A stretch of DNA of 63,801 nt, counting the filler, from Perkinsus chesapeaki ATCC PRA-425 (taxonomy: Eukaryota; Protista; Perkinsozoa): NCBI GenBank assembly GCA_013115145.1. It is 5 parts of 5 records of this genome, joined end to end, with 100 filler letters (N's around TTAATTAATTAA, not from the genome) between each part and the next. Parts side by side here need not be neighbours in the genome. Positions count along the whole stretch, not along the records: positions 29,163 to 56,887 come from JAAPAO010000487.1; 4 more parts are not named here. One strand, 5' to 3'. Below, in pieces: positions 39,129 to 49,814 of the stretch. The translations under genes and the position numbers were made by a program. Within the stretch, counting starts at the first letter, position 1. Every line of letters begins with the position of its first letter. The notes under the pieces are model-generated. The model saw nothing but the letters and a program-made list of their open reading frames with translations. It ran no database searches and was not told the origin of the DNA.

Positions 39129-39806
39129 ACGCCTAAAAGAGGCAACCTGTCTGTAACAGTAACATTTGATGTCATAATAGGCTATCGTTCTTCTTATAAC
39201 TGCTATCGCCGATTATCAGTCCCCTCGAGGACAGTTGTTATCCAGTGACAAGTATGATGCCAGCAGCAGCAGCAGGTCGTCACGTTTCTGTATCGAATGA
39301 GCCCTCCACCTTCTTTTTCGTCATGATGATGCATATGTATCAGTTAGTAGCACTTCATCGCCATGTAGGTATTATTATCTTATTTTTATCGTCAACGAAT
39401 CTACCTTATAAGTGATGATGAAATCATTAAGTGAACATCAGTAGCAACAACAGCAGCAGCAGCACGCAGAAGAGCAATGCTGCCAGTGCCTTGAGCGTTG
39501 AATGTTGTAATTCATTCTCGAGTATAGTAGTAATCGTTAGTATTATTGTTATAATACAGTAAGGTCGGCGGCCTCGATGAGCCACGCCACCACCAACATC
39601 ATCATCAACAGCAGCAGCATTAATCTCTGTTCTCCTCCTCGTTATCATGCTCGAATGAATGTCGTACACGTATCATTATCATGGCTTTCCGAACTGTCTC
39701 CTTTTTTGTGTTACCGCCGCCGCGGATCCTCTTTTATAATGGAAAGGAATTCGTTTACTTGCTTCGTGGTAGCCCTGTTATTATTAACTAGCTGCTGTTT
39801 TCCGCT

Positions 39807-42382
39807 ATGAGGCTTCCATGCATTGTTGCCATTGGTCTTGTTTGTGGGTTGACTATCCAAACGGTAGAGGGTAAAGTTGCGGAGTCGTTGCCTAAGTGGG
39901 TGCCTAAAGATGTTAAAGATGCTCTGAAAGAGATGAAGAAGGAGGTACGAAGCACAGTGTCAGTTTCAAAGTGATTTCTTGCATCAGCAAAAGTCTACCA
40001 AGAAGCTTTTGTCGGACCACACGTGCGCTTTGAGGAAGAGTATTCTAACTTTGATGGATTCTCTTGTCGACAAGGATATGGGGGTGGCTCGAGTTAACAT
40101 TCTGGCTGAACTGGGACTGTGCAGTTGGTGGAGGGATGAGCATTACCGTAATGCGAAAGGTCCCGGGTTCGATCCCCGAATGGTGCATTTTCAGTGGCCG
40201 TGGATATGTTCCAGCGAGCAGTCGATGCCACCGGCTACAAGACTTACGATAAATTCCTAGAGCACGGTAGGAGATCTAAAACCTGCAGAGGTTCGATTCC
40301 TGGTCAGGTCTGCCTCATCTTGTAGAGGCTCTTAATGCATCTACGTACATGGTTCAGGTGAGGTGATCAGGCTGTCTTCTTCTTCTTTTGCACAATCTAT
40401 TTGCCATAGGGAAAGTTCGAATCTGCTGCCGTTCACCTTCGTACATTGAAGAGGCTAATGCTAAGGGATGAGGCGTGGGCCCTTGATGAGGTCCTCAGAA
40501 GGCCACCGGTAGCAAGGGAAGTCTGCCAAGGCTGGGAATAGCGCCTTGCTGCTTTAGATGGATCAATTGAAGCCGCATGAGAGGGAGTTGGTGAAGTCCA
40601 ATCCTGGAGATTTCCTATTGAACAACACATATGTAGGCTGCAGCTGGTGGTTATCAGCGCCTCCGCCGGCGAGGGCATTTTCTGGGAGAACCTAAGTTAA
40701 ATGGGAGCCTTCACTTTGGAAAATGCACTCCTCAATTTACTGCGATTTTGAAGTCCTTTCGAAATTTTCTCCCGAAGATGCGAGATTCATGCGAGTCTAG
40801 CAGTAGTACAACGCCTCCCCCGTCAGCTCCTTGGGTCAAAGCTCTTCGAAAGAGAGCTCATGAGCGACTTGATTACCCCAGCAGTCGAATAATAGTGTTT
40901 TTAGATCGGTGTGGTATACAGAGGTTGGACCATCGCAGCAAAGGAACAACTAAGATTCTGTGAGGCGAATCTTGTCGGGCTGGATGACGGCAGGCTGGTA
41001 ATGATGATGCTCGCGTCAAGCTAAGATATGTCTATCTAGGCGAAGCGAGAGCGTATGGGTGGTGAAGTCGATAACACGGCCTATCTGCAGGGGGTAGCAG
41101 CGGAGCCGGTGATGCCGTGGAAGCATTTCCAACTTGCTTTGAATCTTTACGAACGTCGTCAAGTAAGGTGACCTCGACAGTGTTTCGTATCAGTGGGTTG
41201 ATAGGAACTGCTGGAGGCAGCTCAGAAGGGTAAGGTAGGAAAGCGACCGAAGGCGGCGGAGCTAATGGGAAGAGCTGGAATCAGAGGATCTGACTGCCAA
41301 AAGTAATGAAGGGAATGAATCTTGCCATCTTGGTAAATCTTGAATTTCCTCAACGTATTCAGATTCGCAGCCCTCTGTGATCTATTACTTGGTTATGAGC
41401 AGTCTGTGTTGGTGGACTCTAGTACGTATGTTGCCGGTACCTTTAATTCTATTATACAAATTGTTCCGATGAACGGCTCTAAAACAACCCAGGAAGTTGG
41501 GGTAAGGCAGCAGCTCGCCGGGGGTTGTAGATGTAGTAGGAGTGTCTCTGACAGACGTGCACGAATAACGCTGGTTCGGCATTGGCTTTTCCATTGAATG
41601 ATTCGGAGGACCCGGAAGACCCTATCATGCTCACTATAGAGTCTGTGGATGTAATAACGGGAATCGGGTTTTCGGGTTTCGGGTTTCCTTGAAATTCGGG
41701 TTTGTAAAACCCATGATATGTTCATTGAGAAGAATATGGAAATGGACCGAGGCGGTCAAGACTGTTGGATCGAGAAAGACCGGCTGAGCATTTGGGAGTC
41801 TGTAGCGTGCTTTTAACAAGGTGGTTATTGTTCAGTTACCAGGCATGGCACTAAAAAGTGAGCCTGTTGTAGTGGATGGATGCACCGATCCGAGACCGGT
41901 TATTACTAGAAGTGGAGGATCGAAGGATGTTGTTTATGGTAAATATTAATCTAGTATTATTGATAAGTGATTCCGTTGGTAGTGCTCGTGGCGGAGTTCT
42001 GGCATCCAGCTGTAACGCTGTTTGAGAGGGCAGCTATTATAGAGGGGACTAAGGCACATGTTAGGAAAGGATACGAGTCTATTAGGGTTCAAGAGGTGCG
42101 CAGGTTCGAACCCGGGCGAATGCATTTATTTGGTTTTTTTAGATTACCGACGGTATGATGGAACGTATAAAGGCCACCGCTGAGCTGTGGCCGAAGGCTT
42201 TCGATCTTTACCAAAACAGACGGGAGTTGTCGCCATTGGGGCCAGATGAGTTGGTTGAGGATGAGGTGTAGGTATCGGGAGGTCGTGGGTTCAATTCTTG
42301 GTGACGCCACGTTTACATGATTCCTTTTCAGAATCGAGTTTCCGAGGCCCAAGAAAGTGAAGGTGAAATCAAGAAAACGTAA
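39807..42382 (+). CDS. Hypothetical secreted helical (possibly TPR-like) multi-exon protein
   Basis: MRLPCIVAIGLVCGLTIQTVEG signal peptide; in-frame joins ...AELGLC|MAVDMFQRAVDATGYKTYDKFLEH|EALNASTYMVQ|GKFESAAVHLR...; ...ESIRVQE|ITDGMMERIK...LVEDE|NRVSEAQESEGEIKKT*. The middle exons were only partly traced. Confidence 0.6.
40122..40191 (+). pseudogene. 5'-truncated tRNA (Thr-CGT-like) making up intron 40124-40194
   Basis: cAGTTGGtggag (D-loop-like), gcattacCGTaatgcga (anticodon-arm-like), aaggtc, CCGGG-TTCGATC-CCCGA, atggtgc-a-tttt-cag. Confidence 0.7.
40284..40311 (+). pseudogene. tRNA 3' fragment (Glu-like) in intron 40267-40325
   Basis: agaGGTTCGATTCCtggtcaggtc. Confidence 0.55.
42098..42127 (+). 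pseudogene. tRNA 3' fragment (Gly-like acceptor) making up intron 42096-42142
   Basis: gcaGGTTCGAACCCggg-cgaatgc-a-ttta. Confidence 0.6.
42277..42310 (+). pseudogene. Degenerate tRNA 3' fragment in intron 42266-42331
   Basis: ggaggtcgtGGGTTCAATTCttgg-tgacgcc-a: variable-loop-like ggtc, B-box variant and correct spacing. Confidence 0.5.
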
Positions 42383-42591
42383 TAACAACAACTCTGGTGA
42401 TCGTCTCCCCATCGCGGCCGACTTCTCTTTACACGACTCGTGTGGCTGTTGGCTTCCGTTTGTGATAAGTATAACAGTGGCCTCCCCAGAGCTAACATCT
42501 TTAATTCCTGAAATCCCTGTAGTCAGTGGTACCGTAGTAGTGGTGGTGGCGGCGGCGGTATCCGCCTATTTAACTTAGTTTCGGCTGTCTT

Positions 42592-43613
42592 ATGCTTCAG
42601 TCGGGTAGACTCAGTCGTACAAAGCTCTTTTCAGAGGATCCACCGGTGGATTCGCTAGAAGTTACTAACTTGAAGCAGCTGGTTAAGAAATTGAAGGGTG
42701 ACAGAAAAGCAGCTATTAAGACTGCGGGGGCGAGGGAAGTGGCGGATCTCAACGAAGCTGTTAGTGATGTGAGTTAGCGCTCGCCCTGGTGATCGATAAG
42801 CAGCAAGGGTTGCTGTGTAGGCTGAGGAAAGGTTGGACGATGCTATTGAAGCACAGGAGAAATCGGGACGCATTACTGCATTGGAGGAGAAGATTAAAAC
42901 GGCGAATTCTGTTAGAAGTGCATTACAGATGACAGGGGACATCACACGGGCTGGTGAAGTTACCAAGGAGATAACTGGAGTAATAGGGGACGGGGGAGGG
43001 GCATGCCAAGCAGCAGTTGGGGGCATAGGGGACGGGGGAGGGGGCATGCCAAGCAGCAGTTGGGGGCATAGGGGACGGGGGAGGGGCATGCCAAGCAGCA
43101 GTTGGGGGCATAGGGGACGGGGGAGGGGCATGCCGAGCAGCAGTTGGGGGCATAGGGGACGGGGGAGGGGCATGCCAAGCAGCAGTTGGGGGCATAGGGG
43201 ACGTCGAAAATGGTGGGGGGCAGGGTGGTAAATTGATAGCGCAGACATTGAGGGGTAGTAGCCGACTATTTGATGATTATGAAACGGGAGATTTATATAT
43301 TTATCTGGTTAAATTTACTATTGGTTCGCTGTCGTGGTGTGGGATGTGATTGTAGACAGTTAAAAGGGAAATGAAATGATGTCGAGGTTATAATAACATC
43401 TTATATGTATGATTTTAATAAACTCAGTCGATTTTGTGGCGCGCTAGAATTGTATGTTTTCAGTATCAAAACGCATTAAAGGCAGCTCAAGAGGACTTGG
43501 AGGAGTTCCGAGAGCAAAGGAAGCAGCGTAGGATAGCTCGTATGAAGAGAGAACAGGAACGGGCAGCGGCGGCGGCGGGGAAGGGTGCAGAGGGAGATGA
43601 AGATGAGCTTTAA
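42592..43613 (+). CDS. Hypothetical coiled-coil protein (start uncertain)
   Basis: EDPPVDSLEVTNLKQLVKKLKGDRK...|AEERLDDAIEAQEKSGRITALEEKIK...|YQNALKAAQEDLEEFREQRKQRRIARMKREQE...DEL*. Confidence 0.5.
42985..43202. repeat. 42-bp GC-rich tandem minisatellite (intronic)
   Basis: About 5 units of ggggcatgccaagcagcagttgggggcataggggacgggggag. Confidence 0.92.
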
Positions 43614-43772
43614 TAGCGGAGACTTTTACTCCATAAAGGCTTTCTGCCGAACATTAAAGAAGGCTGATGTTTTTTGAACTTATTATCTCACCGTTATCTG
43701 GAGTGTCTCTGTTGGGTTATGCAGTAGTAAGGTGTAGTTTGCGGACAGGTATTTGGGGACAGTCTTTGTGTC

Positions 43773-45560
43773 ATGTTCCGTCAGCAGAATCGAAGTTGTA
43801 GTGTGTTCGTCGGGAATGTTCCGTAGGACGGTTTTGTGGGTAAGTTTGCGGAGCTTCGGGCAGATACGATGTCGACGAGGAGCAGCTAAAGACCATTTTC
43901 TCGACGGTGGGGCCGGTGGTGAGCTTTCGATTGATGCACGATAAAGTGACGGGCCGGCCGAAGGGTTATGGATTCTGCGAGTAGGTGGTGGTGATTCAAT
44001 GAAAGTGAGTGTCACCATCCACGGTCAGATATGCTGACCAAGAGACTGCCTACGCTGCGATGCGAAACCTTAACAATGTCGAGTGTGGAGGGAGGCCACT
44101 GCGTGTTGATTGGGCCGACCATGAGCTGCGGAATACAGAGGGTAGTGGAGAGCGGCGGCGGCGCTGTAGAGGTGATAGGAATGTAGAGTAGGTGTGCAGA
44201 GATCGATTCAACGGAGCGGAGCTGACGTTGGCAGGGGAAATGTTAAGGTGGGGGGTAGCTGTTGGGGTGGAGAGGGAAGTGTGGTATGAATGGCGGCAGG
44301 TTAACAATAAGAAATTGAGAGAGTTCCAGCAGCGATTGACGGACGAGAACGCGGAGCATTTGGCATTAGATGTAGCTGACTACGAGGAGTACGCATGAAC
44401 CTAAGATACTCGGCAGGTTCAAACTCACAGTGAGATAGCAGCGTTGTTAAACCAGTGGTCTACAGTAGAGCTCTACGAGTTCCTCGGGCACTCGCAGCAG
44501 TTTGTTAACGAGAACCCGGAGGGAGCAAGTAGGCAGCGGACGGTGGGGTTTGGTGGCGACTTCCGCTCTAGGAGCCCTTTTTGTGGCGCATCCTCAGCTG
44601 CCGTTGGCTATCAATCATGTTGCTTATCTGCTTGGCTTCACGTCGGAGCCTACCTTCCCAATGACACCGGATGATATTATGTAATAGGGCTGGGGGGGAT
44701 TCGAACGCGGGGTCTTTGGAATGAAGGAAGAAGGGATTAACCAACTGAGCTATTTTGCTTCAAGTTACGCGGAAGAGCGTATCAAGGCTCTGCGACAGCA
44801 TCGAATATGTCCAGCCAAACCAATCCAGCCGCCTCGGGCAGTCCCCATCAGTCTAGTGACCGATCCCACAGCTCAGCTCCAAGCTGGTAGTATTCCCTTC
44901 CTCTCCTCGCCCTCCACATCTAATAGGTATATCAAATCCCATGATGAGTGGAGTGCTTCCCACTGGAGTTCTGGCTGCCGGTGCCAGCATTGCCGGTGCC
45001 AGGTAAGACGGCAGCAACGAGGCTGTTTGGGAGGATGTTGCTGTCGTTGGATGCTCTCCTGTAGGGCCACCACGGTTGGTACTATTTCGCGAGTCACTTC
45101 TATCGGTACTGGTGGAGTAGCGGCGCACGCTGCCGCTGCTAAGAAGGTGAGCGTGTTGTTTTATCTTCGTTGGTCGGAGCTTCATTCTAGCCTGTCGTTG
45201 ACATTGCTGCGCTGCCAGCTGACACCAAGGAGGCTCTTCGGAAGCAACTGGCACAGATGACCCCAGCTGAGGTGAGCAGCAGAGTGGTCTTGGGGGGATC
45301 CGTCTCTAGTGGAGAAGAACACATCGAACACGTTCCTTCTGGGGATGCCCCGGCAGCAGGAATGATCCCGCTTTATGGAGATGTATCATTTGAAGGCGAG
45401 ATTTGTGCGGTGATGAAATAGAACTTTCGATTGGAAATATCTTCGTGGGGGAGCATCCAATGCATCCTAGCTGGGGGGAACCTCTCATTTTTCCTATCAT
45501 CATTGGGCTGTTCAGGTGGCAAGCCTCCCAGCAGACGTTCGAGAGATAATGCAGCAGTTG
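43773..45560 (+). CDS. CSTF2: Cleavage stimulation factor 64 kDa subunit (CstF-64/Rna15); 3' end approximate
   Basis: Spliced [65 protein letters not shown], then hinge-like [30 protein letters not shown]...[11 protein letters not shown]. Confidence 0.85.
44686..44759 (-). pseudogene. Full-length-sized degenerate tRNA filling intron 44681-44764, antisense
   Basis: Reverse complement agcaaaa-TAGCTCAGTTGGTTAa...ccgcGTTCGAATCCccc-ccagccc-t: A-box and B-box with ~74-nt tRNA spacing; the anticodon arm is decayed. Confidence 0.7.
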
Positions 45561-46842
45561 GCGGTCTCAACTGGAGGAGGAGGATCGTCAGGGTCCGGCG
45601 GCGGCGCACGATAAGAAGTGTTTCATTTGCACCAGACTTGTGTTGTTTACCAATGTCAATTTAACAAAGGGCAGTTTTTGTCCATGCCTCCTCCTCCTAC
45701 TACTACTACTGCCACCACCATCATCCCAGAGGTGGTGGTTCGAGACCCTCTAGCTCGAAATAGGTGGGTCATGATGGTCACCATTGTCGCCAATCACCGC
45801 CCTCAGTGATATGATATTCATTCTAATCGTGCTGGTTGTGGGTATGTTATTTATAGTGCCGATATTACGCTTCACTCCGGACGGTGTACGAGAACCCGTC
45901 ACTGCGCCACGAAAATCCAAATCATCCCGAGACCGTCGTCCCTCTGGTATGGCGGTTGGTAATTAGTGCCTTGCCATTGTATCTCTAAGGTCCTGTGATG
46001 GCCGCTGTAGTTGGCGTGATGAAGGACATCGCAGCTGGCTTTGACCCTTCTGGAACATATTCCAGGCAAGTGGAGGTCGAATCTCAGGGAAAGACAGCTG
46101 AACAGGAATATGTTGTGCAAAGGTGGATTTCAAAATGTGCGAGCGAAAAAACGAACAAGTGTGTTTTTCGAGTGTTCAAAACAGTTTTTTTTCGTGTGGG
46201 AAATCAGGGGGAATATTTTCAGCCATGAAGCAATGACTAGTTGTCCGGTAGCTCGGTAGGGAACATTTTCTCCCTCAGGGTCAGTTCTGAACCAGACAGT
46301 GAGAGCTATGAGCTCCAGGTGAGGTGGCTCGACAAGAGGGACCAAAGCAGCAGCCATCACTTCCTAGGAGCCGATGACTCGATCCCCGAGCCCTACAAGT
46401 TCAATGAGAGCATGCGCCTATGATGGTGATGCCGCGCAGGTGACGACCAGGAGGAAAGTTTCCCCTGTCGAAATGGTGGACCTTCTTAGTGGTAATTAAT
46501 ACTGCTTTATTGCTAGAGAATCGAGTTATTTAGTTTACAAATTTGCTACTGCTGCCCGAACCCTACGTGATACTACTCGAATCATATCAAACGAAGCGAA
46601 CAAGCAAGCTTGATGCGTGTAATTGAACAGTTTAACTAGGACAGCGCCACCACCACCACGGAAGCAATAATCGACAAGAATCCTGACGACAATAGTCGAT
46701 TGTATGAACTTCCATGGCAAGCGAGAGCCGGAGAATGATACCTCTATACTACTTCAGCATTTCCAGGTCAATTAATTTTACTAATAAATTGCCCAGTATA
46801 CTTTTAATGCCATAACCAAACATGGTGCACCTTACCAGAACA

Positions 46843-47135
46843 TAGTTCTCTCTATGCCTCTCGTCCCCCTCTCTCTGCCCTAGTTCTCTCTATGCCTCTC
46901 GTCCCCCTCTCTCTGCCCTAGTTCTCTCTATGCCTCTCGTCCCCCTCTCTCTGCCCCNNNNNNNNNNNNNNNNNNNNNNNNNNNNNNNNNNNNNNNNNNN
47001 NNNNNNNNNNNNNNNNNNNNNNNNNNNNNNNNNNNNNNNNNNNNNNNNNNNNGCCCTTGTTCTCTCTATGCCTCTCGTCCCCCTCTCTCTGCCCTAGTTT
47101 TCTCTATGCCTCTCGTCCCCCTCTCTCTGCCCTAG
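46843..47135. repeat. 38-bp pyrimidine-rich tandem minisatellite (spans an N-gap)
   Basis: Unit tagttctctctatgcctctcgtccccctctctctgccc. Confidence 0.92.
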
Positions 47136-48328
47136 TCTTCTCTTCGTTCTCTCACCAAGTGGTGAGACTGCCTCTAACTGCCAGACCATGATAACTCGCT
47201 TTCTATATCCTACTACTGAGGTTTCGCTGCATGAACGTAGTCTTTGCTTGGATAGTTGGAATGTCACTACACTATCCGGCGGAGCTTTTGGCTGCGATAG
47301 GCTAGTTTGGTGATGCCACAATCACCAAATCCCATCTACATTATCATTTACAAATTGTAGACTACAATCCAGACCCATTGAGTCAAGGAGCTCCTTTGGC
47401 AGATCTTGTCAATGAAATAATGCGATCGCTGAGTCAGGATTCACTTGCCACTGGTATTCAACCCATGGTCCGAGGGCTGCGCCCGGAAGTGCTTACTGAT
47501 TCCACCAGCGGAATACCGCCTGCAAATTCATTGCTTATCGTAACGCAGTAACCGGGCGGACAAGTAAGGTGATAAGCCTATACGGCCTGTGAGGACATGC
47601 TACAGGCAAATATATGGAAAGCACCAAGTGCTTGGAGGTACAGTTCGAGCCGGAGTCGGTTCCGCACTTGCGTATCTGTGTTGCCACAATTCTGATTGCT
47701 TCACAATGATTAACCTATGCACTCGTCTTGATGTTGTGTTTGTTGAGGATCGGCTTGTGAAGGCAGCAAAGATACTGTATTATAAATTGTGTTGGTCCAT
47801 CCAAGCGGAAGCATTTCCCAGGCATATCGACTATAAATATTGTGCAATGGATCGTAGCAGCGAGCCCTATGTAACATTATTTATGTTGTGCGCTGTGTCA
47901 ATGTGAGTATCACATTGCGAGATTGATTATGCCAACAGGACGGGTAGTCTCAACTTATTCGTAGAAATGTCTATGTACTTGTCGCCTCAAATCTGCCATT
48001 CACAGATCTGCTGCTTCATCCTTACAAACCGCTGGGCATCAGCCTTTATCAGTAAACACGTGCTATTAGACAGAACCCCTGCCACCACCGTCATCAACTC
48101 CTACACAACAATACTTTATACATAGAAAGTAACAACTTCATTAATACTTCCCTCCCTCTATCCTTGAGGCACTCACCAATGCATTATTATGAACTGAAGA
48201 AGAAAGGGTGATGATTCAAAGACGAGGGGGGGGAAGATGGTAAGAGTACAACAACCGAGGAGTGTGAATGATGATAACCAACACTATCGACTGGGGGAGT
48301 GTTGTCATCTAGACAGGACAAATATTAT

Positions 48329-49324
48329 TTACTTCTGGTTACTGAGAGCGACCTGATTATTAATAGCATTCTTGAACTCATCGTAGAAGACAAGAACCAA
48401 AGCAGCGCCAACACCACGGAGCATGTTAGAAAGACCGCCCTTGAAGAAGCCCTTGACACCTTCCTCCTGGTAGACCTTGCACCAGCAATCCCAATTGGAA
48501 GTGTACTGGAGAGCACCATCACCACGACCAGCCATCATCATCATACGACGACGAACCGTATCGAAGGGATAGGACACAAGTCCAGAAACGGCGGTGACAC
48601 TCTGAGCAACAACCCACTTGGCGAACACATTAGCGTTCTTCTCATCTTTAAACACAAGGGGCTTGACGGTATCATACAGACCGAAGTAGGCACCACGGTA
48701 GAAGATGATACCCTGAATGGACATGCTGAAGCCCTGATACATTGACCAGAAACCAGATCTCTTGCAGGTCTTCGCGATCACATCAATGAGACCGTTAAAC
48801 TCACGATCGGCACCCTTGCCAACATCAGCAGCGAGACGAGTACGAGCGTAATCGAGAGGGTAGACGATACAGAGAGAGCCAGCACCGGCGGCTGCACCAG
48901 AAAAGACATTGGCAGCGAAGAACTTCCAGAACTGATTATGAGGATCGTACTTGGGGAACATGCCCTTGATGCTATCCTTGAAGGCGAAGTTAAATGCCTG
49001 GGTGGGGAAGTAACGAAGAACGTTGGTGAGGTTACCCCTCCAAAGACTGGCGACGCCTTGCTCTTTGCAGCATCTCATGAAGCAGTCGGTGATGCCGTTG
49101 TAACGAGCGACCTTACCGGAGACGATATCGGGGTTAGAATCCTGGGTTTGAAGAAGCATCTTAACACGCTCAATGGGGGCCACCAAGGTCTTAGAGATGG
49201 CGGCGGAGGTACCACCGGTCATGAAGTCGACCAGGATGGGGTACTTCTGTACGAAGCTCAATTCTTTTTGAGTCTTCGACATTTGCTGTTGAGGCTTGCT
49301 CTGCTGAACGGCAGCTGTAGACAT
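48329..49324 (-). CDS. AAC: Mitochondrial ADP/ATP carrier (adenine nucleotide translocator), intronless
   Basis: [64 protein letters not shown] and the RRRMMM signature. Confidence 0.97.
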   Translation of the reverse strand: MSTAAVQQSKPQQQMSKTQKELSFVQKYPILVDFMTGGTSAAISKTLVAPIERVKMLLQTQDSNPDIVSGKVARYNGITDCFMRCCKEQGVASLWRGNLTNVLRYFPTQAFNFAFKDSIKGMFPKYDPHNQFWKFFAANVFSGAAAGAGSLCIVYPLDYARTRLAADVGKGADREFNGLIDVIAKTCKRSGFWSMYQGFSMSIQGIIFYRGAYFGLYDTVKPLVFKDEKNANVFAKWVVAQSVTAVSGLVSYPFDTVRRRMMMMAGRGDGALQYTSNWDCWCKVYQEEGVKGFFKGGLSNMLRGVGAALVLVFYDEFKNAINNQVALSNQK

Positions 49325-49814
49325 TTTAGATAACCCACAAGGGAAAAATAACCAAAGGTAGAGAAACTAAATAACAACACTAATAATCAGGGATATCCAA
49401 TGTCAACGACGTAGCACACTGCTGCTGTCGGCTAGCATTGTTTAATGTGTGGAAATCTTAGCTTAAGCTAAATAACTTCACAACACCCAGCAAACTCATA
49501 CCGACTTTTCCTCAACAATTCGATTGAATGACACCCAACCCACCAACAAAGACCTTTAAGTGTAAGGTCTCCACCCAATTAATATTGGATTTAGTAATAA
49601 CTTCCTCGTTCCGTGGGGAGGACTGGCCCAAGAATGCTAGCGACTGGCAGTAGCAACACGGTGAAGTAGGAGATATGCACGAAAGTTGCAAGAAAACGAA
49701 ATCGATCAACCGTGCGCGCGCGTGCAAGTTGGCGAGTGCAGTTGGTCAGAGCGCCGAATCTTTGCCGCACGCCCTTTTAGTCTCTTCTTTCGCTCGCCGT
49801 GTTGGGCTAGCGCG

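Noticed and set aside
40413-40425. AGTTCGAATCT B-box-like motif
   Set aside because: Lies in exon GKFESAA with no stem or acceptor spacing.
42655-43248. Several Pro/Gly-rich repetitive ORFs on both strands
   Set aside because: Products of the intronic 42-bp minisatellite.
44414-44430. GGTTCAAACTC B-box-like motif
   Set aside because: It spans an acceptor and encodes VQTHSE in the CstF-64 hinge; coincidental.
45732-45763. GGTTCGAGACC within a possible 32-nt GT-AG segment
   Set aside because: A perfect box match, but the host gene model is unresolved and the intron would be unusually short; left out of the confident set pending RNA-seq.
32100-47135. 48-, 42- and 38-bp repeats considered as CRISPR-like arrays
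   Set aside because: Head-to-tail units without unique spacers, in a eukaryotic genome with no cas genes.
48299-49333. Long antisense ORFs over the ADP/ATP carrier
   Set aside because: Expected shadow frames from biased codon usage.
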